From contig OZ193909.1 of the NCBI GenBank assembly GCA_964276515.1, positions 7,254,001 through 7,318,000 of the forward strand: a stretch of 64,000 bases of DNA. Reading direction: 5' to 3'. Below the pieces are notes generated by a model, which did not search any database, was not told the origin of the DNA, and saw only the letters and a program-made list of their open reading frames with translations. Below are positions 23,645 through 37,800 of this stretch, one piece after another. The first letter of the stretch is position 1. Every line of letters starts with the position of its first letter. A program made the position numbers and the translations under genes. This DNA comes from Gordius albopunctatus. Its lineage: Eukaryota.

Positions 23645-26600
23645 ACTGCAAAATTTGAAAAGAAAAAGACAACAATTGTAAAAAGCCTTGCAAAATTTAT
23701 GGACTACGTAGAATCATCTGAGGACATGATCAATATAAAATTAAGACTTGAAGATATTAAAAGGTTATATACAAAGTATGTTGATTTTCAAGAACAAATT
23801 GATAAAGATGATGAAAACTTTCATAAGCAAAATAATGAAATTGAAGATAATTACTATAATGCAATATCAAAGGCACAGAGTATCATCAACCAATCTCACA
23901 CACCAAAAATCTCTCAACCAGCATCAACATCTGGGAAACTACAACTTCCACGAATAGAATTACCTCACTTTGGTGGGAATTATGAGGATTGGTCAAGTTT
24001 CTCCAATTTGTTTACAACACTTATTCACAACAACTGTGATATTTAAAATGTAGAAAAACTGAATTACTTAAAACTTTCATTAAAAGGTCAAGCGACAAGT
24101 ATAATTCAATCGTTAGACATATCAACAGATAACTATAAAATTGCATGGGACTTGTTAAATGATCGTTTCAACAACAAGAGACTAATAATCAATAAACATA
24201 TTAGAGGTATATTTAATATAAACATGGTTAGAAATGAGTCATTTCTAGACATCCGTCAATTATTGGATGGGTTATTAAAACACACCAGAGCGCTAAAATC
24301 ATTAAATTGATAGTTACATTACAAATAAATTAGATTTGGTCACCAACAAGGCTTTGGAGTCTACAATTAGAAAGGGTGAGATCCTATCTCTCTTAAAATA
24401 AACAGATTTCCTGGCTCACCAGTGTCACATTTTGGAAGGTACTTATAACCTAGAACATACAGACTTTCTAACCAAAGGTAATCATTTCAAATCAACAACC
24501 TAGCCATTTCCAATCCTAGCTGTGTCATATGCAATCAATCCCATTTTATTTTTAGATGTAAAAAATTCTTAAACTCAACTTGTGAAGGAAAAAGAGAACT
24601 TGCCAATCAGCATTCGCTTTGTCCAAATTGTTTAAACGAAATCATAGTTTCTCACAGTGCACAGCAGAAGCATGTAAAATATGTTACAAAAGACACAATA
24701 CACTCTTGCACCAACATAATTTCCAAAAAAGTTCATCTACAAATTCAGCCCTAAACATACATCATCATAAAGATTCCATACAGGTGTTACTCCCTACAGT
24801 TTTAATTGGTATAAATGATGTGAAAGGAAACCCACTTATGTTGTGCTCTCTTAGATTCAGGATCCCAATCAAACTTCATCACAACTGAAGTTGCTAATAG
24901 GTTGCAATTAAAGTTACAACAAATTTCAATTGCAATAGGAGGCATCAATAACAGTCAATCATCTATTAAAGCTTGCATTGATGCAAGGGTTCATTCTTTG
25001 CATAACAAATACAATGCTCAACTAAAATTCTTAGTTATGAATCATATTACAACAAACCTTCCAACATTATCAATCCCAAAGTTGAATATTACCATACCTG
25101 ACAATTTACAACTTGCTGACCCTTCCTTCAACATTTCTAGTAAAATAGATATTCTGATTGGTGCTGAATTGTTTTGGGATGTCATGTGCACAGAACAATT
25201 AAGTCTTCAAAATGGATTAGTGTTTAAAAACACAATTTGGATGGATAATCTCTGATTCATATTCTTTTTTTAACCCCTGGAATTCGAAAGTTACACAAAC
25301 ATGCAATTTGTCTACTCAACTATTAAATAAGCAACTAACTAACCCAACCAGTTCAGTACTCCAATAAAGAGCATCAATGTGAAGAGATATTCAAGGCTAC
25401 CTACAGACGAAATTCAGTTGGTAGATATATTGTCGACTTACCACTAAAGGATCAGGTTAAAAAATTAGGAAATTCTTACAACCAAGCTTTCATCCGATTT
25501 CAATCTCTTGAAAATAAGATGTTGCGGAACCTCGAACTAAGACGTGATTACACGAGTTTTATCAATGAATATCAACGTTTGGGCCACCTAGCCCCCACTA
25601 TTAAAACAAAATCACAAGATTTACCTGTCTTTTATCTGCCGCATCACGCCGTGAAGATGAATGCGACAAATTTCCAGTTGGAGCACGAATAGCACAAAGC
25701 GATTTTTATGTAGACGATCTCTTAAGAGGGGCACACAACATTTCAGAAGCTAAGATTATTGTAACACAAATACAGATCATGCTAAACAACGCTGGGTTTA
25801 ATCTAAAAAAATGGGGCACCAATTCGACCTCTTTATTCACCCAACTACCATCAATTTCTATTGATGAAATCATACCGTTAGACAAGCACAGTAACATGAA
25901 GATTTTAGGTATTCATTGGAATCCACAAACTGACAACTTTCGATTTAACATTAAGAATGAAACTACAAGGCATACTATATCGAAACGCAATGTACTATCC
26001 CATATTTCTCAAATGTTCGACCCACTTGGATTACTAGGTCCTGTGCTGACAAGAGCTAAGATATTATGCAGCAGCTTTGGAAGCTTCAGCATCTTGGGAT
26101 GAAAAAATTCCTAATGACCTTAGCAATAAATGGACATCATTTAAAAATCAGTTTGCACTTTTAAGCTCACTTGACATTCCCCGGCGTGTTATAGGTCATG
26201 AGAATCCTTTGAAGATAGAAATTCACGGTTTATGTGACGCAAACGAAATCGATTATGGGGCATGTATATACATTCGATCGTGCAGCAATGATAATTGGTC
26301 TAGCAGACTCCTTTGCTCTAAATCACGAGTGGCGCCTATTAAAACAATTTCAATTCCAAGACTAGAATTGTGCGGGGCACTTTTGTTGACAAAATTGTTA
26401 AAAGTGGTCCATTCAGCATTGCAATTTCGAGCATCCACAACATACTGTTGGACTGATTCGACAATAGTGTTAGCATGGATCAAGGGCTCTCCTAGTAACT
26501 GGAATTCATTTGTTGCTAATCGTGTAGCTAAAATTCAACAAAACTTTAAAAATGACAACTGGCATCATATACAAACAAGCGACAATCCAGCTGACTCTCT

Positions 26601-28578
26601 ATCAAGAGGATGTTCACCAGATGAGTTGATTAAGGATCCAAAATGGTAGACAGGACCCATTTGGCTATCCACCGACTGTCCTATTATTGAGCAATCGTCT
26701 TTGAGTGATATGCCCAAAATACCCGAACGCAAAACAGTGTACTGCTCTACTATTTGTAAGACTAATCCTTTGTTAACAAAATATTCTAATTTTCGGAAAT
26801 CGATACGAATTATAGCATATTTGTTTACGTTTTTACTCAAACATTAAGTGTAAAAATCAGTTGAAATTTGGATCGTTGTCAATCACAGAACTTTCTCAAG
26901 CTACATTAACTGTGTTAAAAATGGTCCAAATGGAATGTTTTACAATAGATTTACATAACCTTTTAAAGTTTAATAGGGCATCCAACAACAGTAAAATACT
27001 CAGTTTAACGCCTTTTCTTCGCGATGGTGTAATCAGAGTTGGCGGAAGACTAAGAAACGCAAGTGTCCCTTTTAGTCAAAAACATCCTGTTCTTCTTCCA
27101 AAAAATCACTTCATTACTAATCTCATAATTAAAATGTATCATGAAGAATATTTTCATACTGGTGTACAAAATACTATAGCTAATGTTCGAACCGCCTATT
27201 GGCCCATCAGTGCCAGATCTATTGTCAAGCAAGTAATAAGAAAATGCATTACCTGTTTTAAGGTTGAACCAAGACCACAACAATGTATCATGGGCAATCT
27301 TCCAACTTGTCGGGTTGTACCTACCAGACCATTTTATAACACCGGTCTCGATTACTTTGGACCATTACAAATTCGGGAGAGTAAACGTCGAAACAGCAAG
27401 CTCATTAAGGTCTATTCTGCATTATTTGTTTGTCTTAATACGAGAGCAGTTCATCTAGAGTTAGTATTAGACCTTACCACCGAAGCATTTCTTAATGCGT
27501 TAAAACGCTTTATAGCTAGGAGAGGTAAACCACTCAGTATTTATTCCGATAATGCAACCACCTTTACTGGAGCTAACAAGGAATTACTACAGCTACAGTC
27601 TTTACTTAGTCCCAGCAACCACGAAAGAATAAAGTTGAAACTAGCAGAACAGGGCATTAATTGGCACTTTATTCCACCAAGAGCACCTCATTTTGGTGGT
27701 TTATGGGAAGCAGCCGTCAAATCTACCAAACATCATTTGAGAAGAGTATTGGGTCAAGCCCTATTAACTTATGAAGAAATCACCACACTTTTGATTCAAA
27801 TCGAAGCCATCATTAATTCAAGACCTCTCACACAATTGTCAGAAGATCCAAATGATTTATCATGCTTAACTCCCGCGCATTTTTTGATTGGCTCTTCTCT
27901 CACTTCTATCTCTGAGCCTAATTGGACAACTGCAAAATTGAATACCTTGTCTCGATGGCAGCGCACAGAATTATTATGACAGCAATTTTGGCGGCGACGG
28001 TCAAAGGAGTATTTAAATCAATTTCAGATGCGTAAAAAATGGAAAAAATCATTTCAGAATGTAAAGGTCGGTCAACTTGTAATAATTAAGGAGGATAATA
28101 CGCCACATCTCAAATGGCCTATAGACCGTATTCAAGAAATTCATCCAGGATCCGATGGAGTAACTTACTTTACGAACCTCAGCTGGTTTGATCAAAAGGC
28201 CAGTAACTAGGCTGCATGTATTACCTATCGATGATATTCTTCATAGATCTACCAATTTGGATGATCGTACTTTCAACGGGGGGGGGGGCAGAATGTTAAC
28301 ACATAACATGAACAGAGACATTCATTCATGATATCATATTGTTTTTAGAACATGTTAAACGTCATCACATACAAATTCACACATCATCACATCATACATA
28401 TTCATTCAAATTCAAACATCATCCTTCCCACACTTAAGCATTTTCATTTACCTTATTTATAATTCATATATATCTTATATATTTTACTATTATATTTCAC
28501 GATATACATATATTTAATACTTCAAATTTCCATTATACACATTTCAGGACTTCAATAAACTACTTCAATAAAATATCA
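23645..28578 (+). mobile_element. BEL/Pao LTR retrotransposon, decayed, 5' LTR missing
   Basis: Gag (LPRIELPHFGG..W..F..LF, CCHC knuckles), LDSGSQ protease, LADPSF..IDILIGAE, YLPHHAV joined to FYVDD (RT core deleted), FDPLGLL and CDA..YGAC RNase H, integrase 26861-27979 (GLDYFGP, SDNATTF, PHFGGLWE). G-run PPT and 3' LTR starting TGTTAAC at 28294. Many stops and frameshifts. Confidence 0.92.
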
Positions 28579-28845
28579 TTTTTTTCTATAGGATATTATA
28601 CTAGTTTTGTGTTTATAATAAAAACAATTTTTTTATATCGGATTGGAAGAGTTCATGTTACTATATTGTACACAAATAGATAAGCATTTGAGACTCTCCT
28701 TAATTTTACCAATAAATGCTTAAAGGGTCCGATTGTTTTTAACTTTTTCCACCTATTACTAGTTGAACTTATTAATAAATAATTTGATTAATATAAAATA
28801 TATGTTATGGATATACATGTAAGCAAGAATGGAAACAATTGCTTC

Positions 28846-31800
28846 TTATATAAGACATATGCATCCACAACCAGAGGGGCAATGCTTTTTGTGCTTGTAC
28901 CATTGAAGGCCATGGGACGTGTGAATAGCATGCCCACATTTGCAACAACAATTATACAGCCCTAAAGCATAATCAAATTCTTAATAATAAACAAATAAAA
29001 TCTAATATTTTTAAATGCTTTAATAAAGTAAATTTATCAACAATTTAAAATATCATAGACCTTTGATCGGGAGACGGCAGAGGACACATCTCAAGAGGTA
29101 TTTTGTGCAAGATTGACATTGAGCACCTTGCACGAGTTTGCTGCATCGGTTACACCATGTCATCAAGGCTAAGCAATGAAATATGAATGTTTACTAGATA
29201 TCTTCGCTTTGTCGCTGTTAAATATTAAAAATTTCACAAGTGGTTTCATTGGAAGACATTATTTCAAGAATCTTACTTTGATGAATTGGTGACATCTTTG
29301 TGTTTTATATAATTAATTAAAAAAATCAGATAAAAATCGGCAAACTTACGCACTATGGGCTCAACTATAAAAATCATAATCTAAATTAAAAGTTGAGAGG
29401 TCAAGGCAATTTGTATGTTGATAAACCTTAATCCTACGAGTGTAATTACATTATGAGGAACATTTAACATCATAATAAAGAAATTTAAGATTGAAGGGAC
29501 GAAAAATTTCGACCACAAATTATATCATATTATAGATCTGCACGGGCAGGCCCGACCCGCAGATACGGGCGGGCTTTGTATCATAAAAATTTAAACGGGT
29601 CGGGCTTAAAAATTAATGGAACGGGCTCGGTCGGGCTTGAGATTTTTTCAACGGGCTTGAACGGGCCTGACGTTTTATAAACGGCCATTGGATTACAAGG
29701 GTTTTTAAAAGTCAGACAATTATATTAATATATGATTTTTATTAAATTTATAAACTATTAATTAATTGCTTAATTTTTTAACCTCCAATTTTTGTATATC
29801 CTGTAGCATTGATTCCTTTTTCAAGTGTCAAATTTGACTTTAAAACATTCTTATTATATTTGCTATATTTAAGAAGATTTTTAACCTCATAATTAATGTT
29901 CTTCATAGATATATTTTCGGGAATTGTCGAGGGTGTTAAAAAACTATTGTAGTAAATATAATATTTCGTCCTCACAGAGGACATCGTCAGATAAGTAAAA
30001 TAGATTTAAATAAAATAAAACTCGGCCTTCGGCCCTCGTGGGAAGGGGGAGGGGAGAAGGGAAGGGGGGACGACTCATCTATACTCCGTATAAACGTAGC
30101 ATATTTGCTATGGAATTTATGGGCGTTATATGCAAAATGTTTATACAAATTTTCCATCTAATTAAAAAATATGGGCGAGAAAGGTGGGAAGGGGCGAAAA
30201 TGCCTATAGAGTGGTATTAAATGCAAAATGATTAGTTAATTATTTATACAAATTTTTTATTTAATTTAAAAAAAATTGCCGTCGCCGGGATTCGAACCCA
30301 CATTAAATAGAGGAATAAGCCTTTGTAGGGGCACAGGGACCCATATCAGTAGAAGCATAGGCACTTGTAGGGGAGAGCATAGGGCAATTTATCAATGTTA
30401 ACCTATTCAAAAACGAAAAATTTCCATTTATTTGGCCAATGGTCATTTTTTTAATTGGTCAGTAGCCAGCGGAAGGTCAAAAAGTCATATTATCCATGGT
30501 ATTAACAAGAACATAATATTAATTTAATTAAAAAAAAAAATAAAAATTTATGGCCTCTCTGGGTCTCGATCCAAAACCTCCAAGTCAGTAAGACGTTGCT
30601 ATAACCACTCTTACCATGCTGGCATTAAAATAAAAGAAGTTTTTATGTTATTTATATAGATAATGAAATAATAGAGATGTGTTTTATTTATGTTTATTAT
30701 ATAATAAAATGAAACAATAATAGAAAATCAATATATTATAGATAATTTAACAAATACCAACAAGAACAAAATATTAATTTAATTTAAAAATAGGCACTTG
30801 TAGGGGAGGTCATAGGGTAATTATCAACGTTAACCTATTCAAAAAGGAAAATAATGATTTTGGGAGGGGCATTTTGAAATTTTAGCCTTTACTTAAGCAA
30901 TATGGCCAATGTTCATTTTTTTTATTGCTCAGTACCAAGAGACGGTCTATAAATACATGCGAGTCAATAAAACGAAAAAAAAAATTCGAATCACAATTTG
31001 GCTGATGGTCATTTTTTTCCATTGATCCGTACCAAGAGACTGTCTATAAATACATACGAGTCAAAAAAACGAAAAAAAAAAATTTAAATCACAATTTGGC
31101 CAATGGTCATTTTTTTAATTGTTCAGTACCAACAGATACTCTATAAGTCAATTTTAGCCAAAAAAACGAAAAAAAATTTTTTGATGCTCACTTTGGCCAA
31201 TGGTCATTCTTTCCCATTGGTCAGTACCAACAGATGGTCTATAAAGCAATGTTAGCCAAAAAAACAAAACAAAAATTTTTTATTCACACTTTGGCCAATG
31301 GTCATTTTTTCCATTGGTCAGCAGCCGGCGGACGGCCAAAAAGTCATATTATCAATGGTACGAACAATACCTATATATTAATTTAAAGAAAAAAATATAA
31401 AAAAATTTCACTTTGGCTAATGGTCATTTTTTTCCATTGGTCAGTAGCCAGCGGACAGCCAATAAGCCATATTATCAATGGTAGTAACAAGAACAATATA
31501 TTAATTTAAAAAATAAAATTTGGCAGATTCGAACTCACAAACTAGTTAAATTATAATACGAACAAAAAATAAACAACGTGACATTCGGTGCGTGACACGA
31601 ACAGCGTGACATAAACAAATGGAAAGTGAGCCCATAAATTGCATAACAATTAAAAATATAAACTAAATAGAATATTTTTTTGGTAGTGATAAATTAGTGT
31701 GTATCCAAGGGTAGAGGGGTGGGTACTCTTCCCATATCTTCATTTAAAGTGGGGTTAAGTCTTCTAATAAAGAAGGACTCTAACGTCTTCCTTTCAAAAT

Positions 31801-34800
31801 ATGATTTTGTAAAAAGTAGAATTGATTGTTTGAGTTTTGACGTATGATTTTCCTTTAAAATGTGGTTAGATACTCCTGTAGGCACCCCGTTGGGGCGAAA
31901 TAAAGCTTCCAAGTGTTCTTTAAGCCTAACTCTTAAGTCTCTTTTTGTTTCCCCGATGTAAAACTGGTTGCAATCACTACAAGTAATTTTATAGACAACG
32001 TTATTTGTCTGTAAATCGGATTCATAGTTATTTTATAATATTGTTAAGAGTGATTCATTAGGTTTTTGCGTGATGATGTTATTAATATCATTCCTTTTTA
32101 AAATTTTTTAATGCTTTTTAAAAATGTAAATGGTAACGATGGGTGATGCGGAAATAATATAAATGTTTTATCATTAATATTTTTTTGCTTATTTTCAGTT
32201 AAAAAACACTTTGTTAGAATATTATTGAAAAGTTTATTTGGATATCCAAGAGAACAGAATGTTTCATATAAATAAACCATTTCTTTAATATATGCGGGTT
32301 GTGAAGACGATAAATGAATTGCTCGATTAATATTGTAGTGATTGCAACCAGTTTTACATCGGGGAAACAAAAAGAGACTTAAGAGTTAGGCTTAAAGAAC
32401 ACTTGGCAGCTTTATTTCGCCCCAACGGGGTGCCTACAGGTAGAGTTGTTATATTGCTAACTTTCTTCAACTCCAGCTACCATATGCTCTAGTTTCTGCT
32501 CGGCCCTCGAGCATTTTTATATGCTACTGCTCTGCCTAGTGCACCAAAAGCGAGCACATATTGTGCTAACGCGCATATTAAGCAACTCAATGTGCGTGCT
32601 CGCGTCTGGAGTTTGAAGAAAGTTAGCAATTTAACAACTCTACCTACAGGAGTATCTAACCACATTTTAAAGGAAAATCATACGTCAAAACTCAAACAAT
32701 CAATTCTACTTTTTACAAAATCATATTTTGAAAGGAAGGCGTTGGAGTCCTTCTTTATTAGAAGACTTATCCCCACTTTAAATGAAGATATGGGAAGGGT
32801 ACCCTCCACCCTTGGATACACACTAATTTATCACTACCAAAAGAACATTCTATTTAGTTTATATTTTATTTTATTTAAATCTATTTTACTTATCTGACGA
32901 TGTCCTCTATGAGGACGAAATATTATATTTACTACAATAATTTTTTAAAACCCTCGACAATTCCCGAAAATATATCTATGAAGAATATTTGCTACAGTTT
33001 TCGTTTACATAATTTAAGATTATAGCTACGTAACGTATATTCTTTTATAATTAAGTTCAATTACTTAGTTAAAATGCACCTAAATTTTTTTGTTTAATTT
33101 TATCACAAATTTTACTGGTATAATTATTATTATTAGGGCCATATAATTTAATAAATAATATTTTATTATCTAAAAATTAGGTGTATTAACTGATATAAAT
33201 TAATCAAATCAATGTAAACTTCGTATTTAAAGTTGAATACTCCTTTTTAATAATATTAAAAATTTTTAATTTAATGGTAAAACTGTATTCTAACTTCTTA
33301 GGTTTATTAACTTAATCAAATAAAAGTAAATTTTTAAAAGTGGAATATCCTCATGTAATAATTTAAAGTAATTTAATGGTAGTACTATATTTAAATTTTT
33401 TAGGTGTAATTATTTCTGCATATTGAAAATTATATTCAAATGATAATTATTGACGTTTTTTTATGAATATGTCAACAATTAAAATAAAATTTTGATAAAT
33501 TTTTGATAGGGCCGGGCGCGGAGTTCTTTAAAAAAATTTAAACGGGTTTTGGCGGGCCTGAAAAAATTTCGGACGGGCCTAAGGTGTTGAAAAAAATTAC
33601 GGGCGGGCCAGGACGGGCCTTGAAATTTCAAAAACGGGTACGGGCGGGGCGACCTTCTAAAAACGGCCAGTTGCAGATATCTAATACACATGCATGAGCG
33701 CAGCTAAGGGCGGCTTTCGCCCTCTAAATTCAAAAATTTGTTTATGTTTTTTAAAATCATGACTAAAATTTAAATAATAATCATTTTGCCCTTCGCTAAA
33801 TCATTATTGCCCTCCCCTCTAATTCCAATTCTGGATACGCCAATGGCCACATGTGATACTTTATTTATAAAAATGAACAAATATTAAACATTTTAATATA
33901 ATTATTCCTTTTTGAATTAATTAAGTTGAGCATAACAATTGTTTACAAAATTAAAAATGGACGATTTTTAAGGTACAACGGGGTAAAACGGGGGTTTAAA
34001 TTTGAATGACACGGGAAAATAAAATCTAAAAGATTCATAGCAATATAAAAATACGGTTTTTACATTAATTTTTAACGAATTATATATTAAAATAATTATT
34101 TTAATATCTAATAACATGCTATTTCTGTAGTCACGATATAATTAATTATTTATCTATATAATATAAAAACAAATAAAGATTGCAAAGTTCAAAAAAACTA
34201 ACGTAAGCCCTTGTGCCTTTCGGGCGAGAAAGAGGTTTGCTTTACTAAGTAGGCTCGCTGATGAAACATTTCCCAGGCGTATAAAATGTTAGCGTACATC
34301 GTTATGTAATGATCATATCGAAGCAAGGCGCTTTTAGAAATAAAATATGTTTCGATTTCCTTCTTAGTGTCGCTAAATTGTTACAAAAACATAGCAATTT
34401 AAAACTTCGTGTTTACATTAGGTTTGGTAGAATATTGTTTAAGTAAGATGTTAATAAGCAATATTTTCGACATTTAGGCATTTATGCGACAAGTTTTTAA
34501 TTGCAATCAGAATAAAAATTGTTACAAAAGTTCGGGTTGATGTTAATAAATAGATTCAAAAACTCGAGAAAAAAGATTTAAACATCAATCCCTTCACCTC
34601 CTAAAAAAGCATCAAAAATGTAATACGACTAACTGAGTTATTTGTAACATGTTTATGAGAAAATTAAATATTATGATAAACAATAACTAAAAAATTTTTT
34701 CCATAATTCTAAACTATGTATAATATATACTTATTGAATTTATTTAATATTACTTTTCAGTATGGTGTTGTGCTATTGATTCAATGTTAATAGCTGAAGA

Positions 34801-37800
34801 TAAAGAATTTTTAAAACGAAATCGCAAAGCTTTTTGAAACATGTTTGTAGGGTCGGTGTTAGTGAGACTTGTTTGATTTTTAGTAGCTTGCTGTGAAATT
34901 TCATTTTTAACCATTGACCCTGCTACGTAGTTTAATTGGCACCAACTATTCGATTTTTTCATCTCTAAAATCATGAAAATGACCTCAATATTATCAAGTA
35001 TGAGGTAGGCTAAAAATATAATTACAATTAACCCACACATAAAAAAAATAATAAAAAATCCCCTCGCAAAATCGGAAATGTTACTTAAATTTTCAATAAA
35101 ATGTAGCAATCGTAGTTTAATAACTGTCTTTAAAAGATAATATTAAACAACCGTGATAAAAAGTAGTTTAAGAGAAAAGAAGCTTAAAAGGCCATTTCTT
35201 GATTTAAAATCATTACGATTTTGTGGCGTTCATTTAATTATCACTCTAAATCAGTGAACATTTCAATACATAGCGAAACCCTGGAAACTAGCAAATCTCT
35301 AAAAGGTTAATACGTTACCATTAATGTAAATTTCGTTGCCGTCTATTTTGACGCTCGTTTTGAGCAACAAAGAGGGGGCGAGGTTATTGCCGTTGGCCTG
35401 AGAAGATGGGCTTTTGCAAAATGGCCCAAGGGTAGGTGTTAAAGCTAGAGATTTCTTTTTCCCGAACACTACGGAGGGAAATGCCGAAGACAACTTGGAA
35501 CCGAAAGAGCCAGTATTGGTAGGAGTAATTGTATTAGATCCCGAAACATTACTACCTTGGTTTGCATTAGTGTTTCCTTTGTGACCCAGTAAAGAGGGAC
35601 TTCCCATTTTTTTATAGTGCCGGGACTTGTCCTGATCTCTAAACATGACGTCGGAGTGTTGCAAAGCATGGAGCCGCTCGGGGTCATGGTAATTATTGTC
35701 GCACAAACTCGTGGCTGGTATGACGTAATATTGGTAATCATTATCGACGTAACGCAATCTGTGGTCAAGGCCCACCCCGTCCCCCTTATCACACGAGTAG
35801 TAATAAGCTTTTGAGATTGCTTTCATCACGGTGGCGATCATGGCTAGAGATTGCAGGTCCTTCACTCTCAGCAAAGGTTCGATAAATTGCTTTTCGATAT
35901 AATTCGCCGTCGCTCTCCCATCAATCTGAGGTAGGGGGGTGAAGGTAGGCAAGGCCGTAATTCCTAGCGAGAGCCACATCACTTTCAAAAAAGAAGAATT
36001 TTCCGCGGTTCCACGCGAGGTTAAAGCCATACTCTCGCAAAATTGAAGCAAGGTCGGGGTGCCTGTTTGCAGGGATTCCTCTAGTGCGGAGGTGAAATTG
36101 AGGGCTAATTCACGATCCAAAGCTAGGTAGTTTGAAACGTCGGTAATGGTTATGGGTGCGACCAGGCTTCGCTTAGGAAACATTCCAATCTTAGGTGATT
36201 CGGTTGTCACAGTGGCTGTATTGGTGTCGTCATTCCTGCGATAAAAATCGCTGATCGAGTAGAGTTTAGGCGAGGGTTTAGGCCAAGTCTTAACACTTCT
36301 CGCTGCGAGTTGAAAGTCGGCATTAGCCTGTGTCGTAGACCCTATGTGAGCTGACAGGGCCGACAGAGCTCTGGGAGTAGTGAGGGTCAACTTGGCCTTT
36401 TTTTGGCCTTCAGGGTTTAGCCCGTCCGGACGCGTGAAACAGACCAAATAATCTATTTGAAATAATCTACAAATTTTATATAATTTAATTCAAACTAATA
36501 GCTTTAGTGTCATGCTAATACTACCAAAATAGTATATTAATATTATTAACTAAAATTAGTTAAAGGTAGGCTTATCCAATATCATTCATTATACGGGTTG
36601 CATCAAAGATGGTCGCACTATAAGTAAGGGAAAATATAATCTAGAAGTTACCCAAAAATCCTTAAAATACCCCGGCACAATAAATGAAATGCAACCACCA
36701 TAAGCCATCGTAAATTGTATAGAGAAATGGTGATGTATGGATTAACTTGAGCCAGAGAATCTGGCGCCTGAAGTCCTAGGAAACGGGATGTTGCTGTCGT
36801 TGTTGTAAACGTCGTAAAAGCTCGATAACATGTTGCTACCCCTACGTCCTGAATGTATTTTTATATTAAATTTACGAAAAATAGTATTTTCCAAACTGAT
36901 TCTTATTATAAGAAATTTTATCGATATACCTAACGATGTAGATAAATTTTCGTTATCTTGCTCTTTGATAACTTCGTTGTTAGAGAGCGAGGCCCGTTTT
37001 CCAAAGCCAACAGCGCGGTCGGGAAAGTTTCGATTGATTTCGTTGAATATAGCTGACCGCGCTGGTTTCATACCCATCTCGCAGCGTTTCCCATATTTGA
37101 TCCCCGTTTTAATTTGTGCTTCGGAAGTGTATCTATTTGAGGACGGTAATAATGATCTTGAAAAGCATTAGAGCCTTGTAGGGTCGTCCTGAGAAGATTC
37201 TGGGCCGAATTTATAAATTAAATAAGTGGGCTTCATAAATTGAGACCGGCCCAAGGCAAACCCATTAACTGTGATCAAGTCCACATATCATACTTTAGCT
37301 TCCACTATCAGTTTATAATCGTTTTTTTCCGAATTGTTAATTATTCTTATTTTATAAAAATAAATATGTAGGGTGCGTTTCCTTGTAATCTAAGATCTCC
37401 GAAAGTTCTTGAAATTTTGCCAGTACATTGTATTTAAATACTAGCGGGTCTATATAAGTTTCTGACCGCTTAAACTATTTTCCCAAAAACTTCAATCGCT
37501 TTAAACACTGCATTCAACAAAAAACATGCCTTATCTGAACATCAATAATGATAGTGACATTTAGGTTGCGCAATAATATGTCATTCGTTATTTTTTCCAA
37601 CAAGCGCTAAACAAATTATTTTTAATTTCCGTCTAGTTACTCCTGATCAGTGTTTGGCCTATGCGCTACTGAATGTCTCAGTGGAATGGCAAAAGATAGG
37701 AGTAATACATGCACATAAACTAATATGTCTCCATAGACTAAATAGACTGCTCATGCCATAAACGAACGTCAATAAATTATTGTAATATTATACAAATATT

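Larger units (their letters stand above)
29868..32984 (-). mobile_element. Penelope-like element, 5'-truncated, with inverted pseudo-LTR
   Basis: Minus 32335->31694 encodes the RT thumb (RAIHLSS..LGYP) and GIY-YIG (VVYKITCSDCNQFYIGETKRDLRVRLKEH..LESFFI..LN). Plus 32336-32984 is an inverted copy of the GIY-YIG/3' region. Flanked by duplicated ATATTTGCTA. Confidence 0.88.
29531..33683. mobile_element. hAT-type MITE (same family as 43427-44173) split by a Penelope insertion
   Basis: 29531-29867 and 32985-33683 align colinearly to 43427-44173; ends TATAGATCTGCACGGG..TGCAGATATCTA. Confidence 0.8.

Noticed and set aside
23642..24046. ATG at 23642 as the true BEL gag start
   Set aside because: The ATG belongs to the CATG terminus of the adjacent hAT remnant that truncates the element.
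34750..35109. 119-aa hydrophobic ORF as a nested membrane-protein gene
   Set aside because: Its 3' part is WDR59 exon 12 (34964-34754, phase-compatible, KKSNSW); the hydrophobic part is intron read-through from a TTG start.
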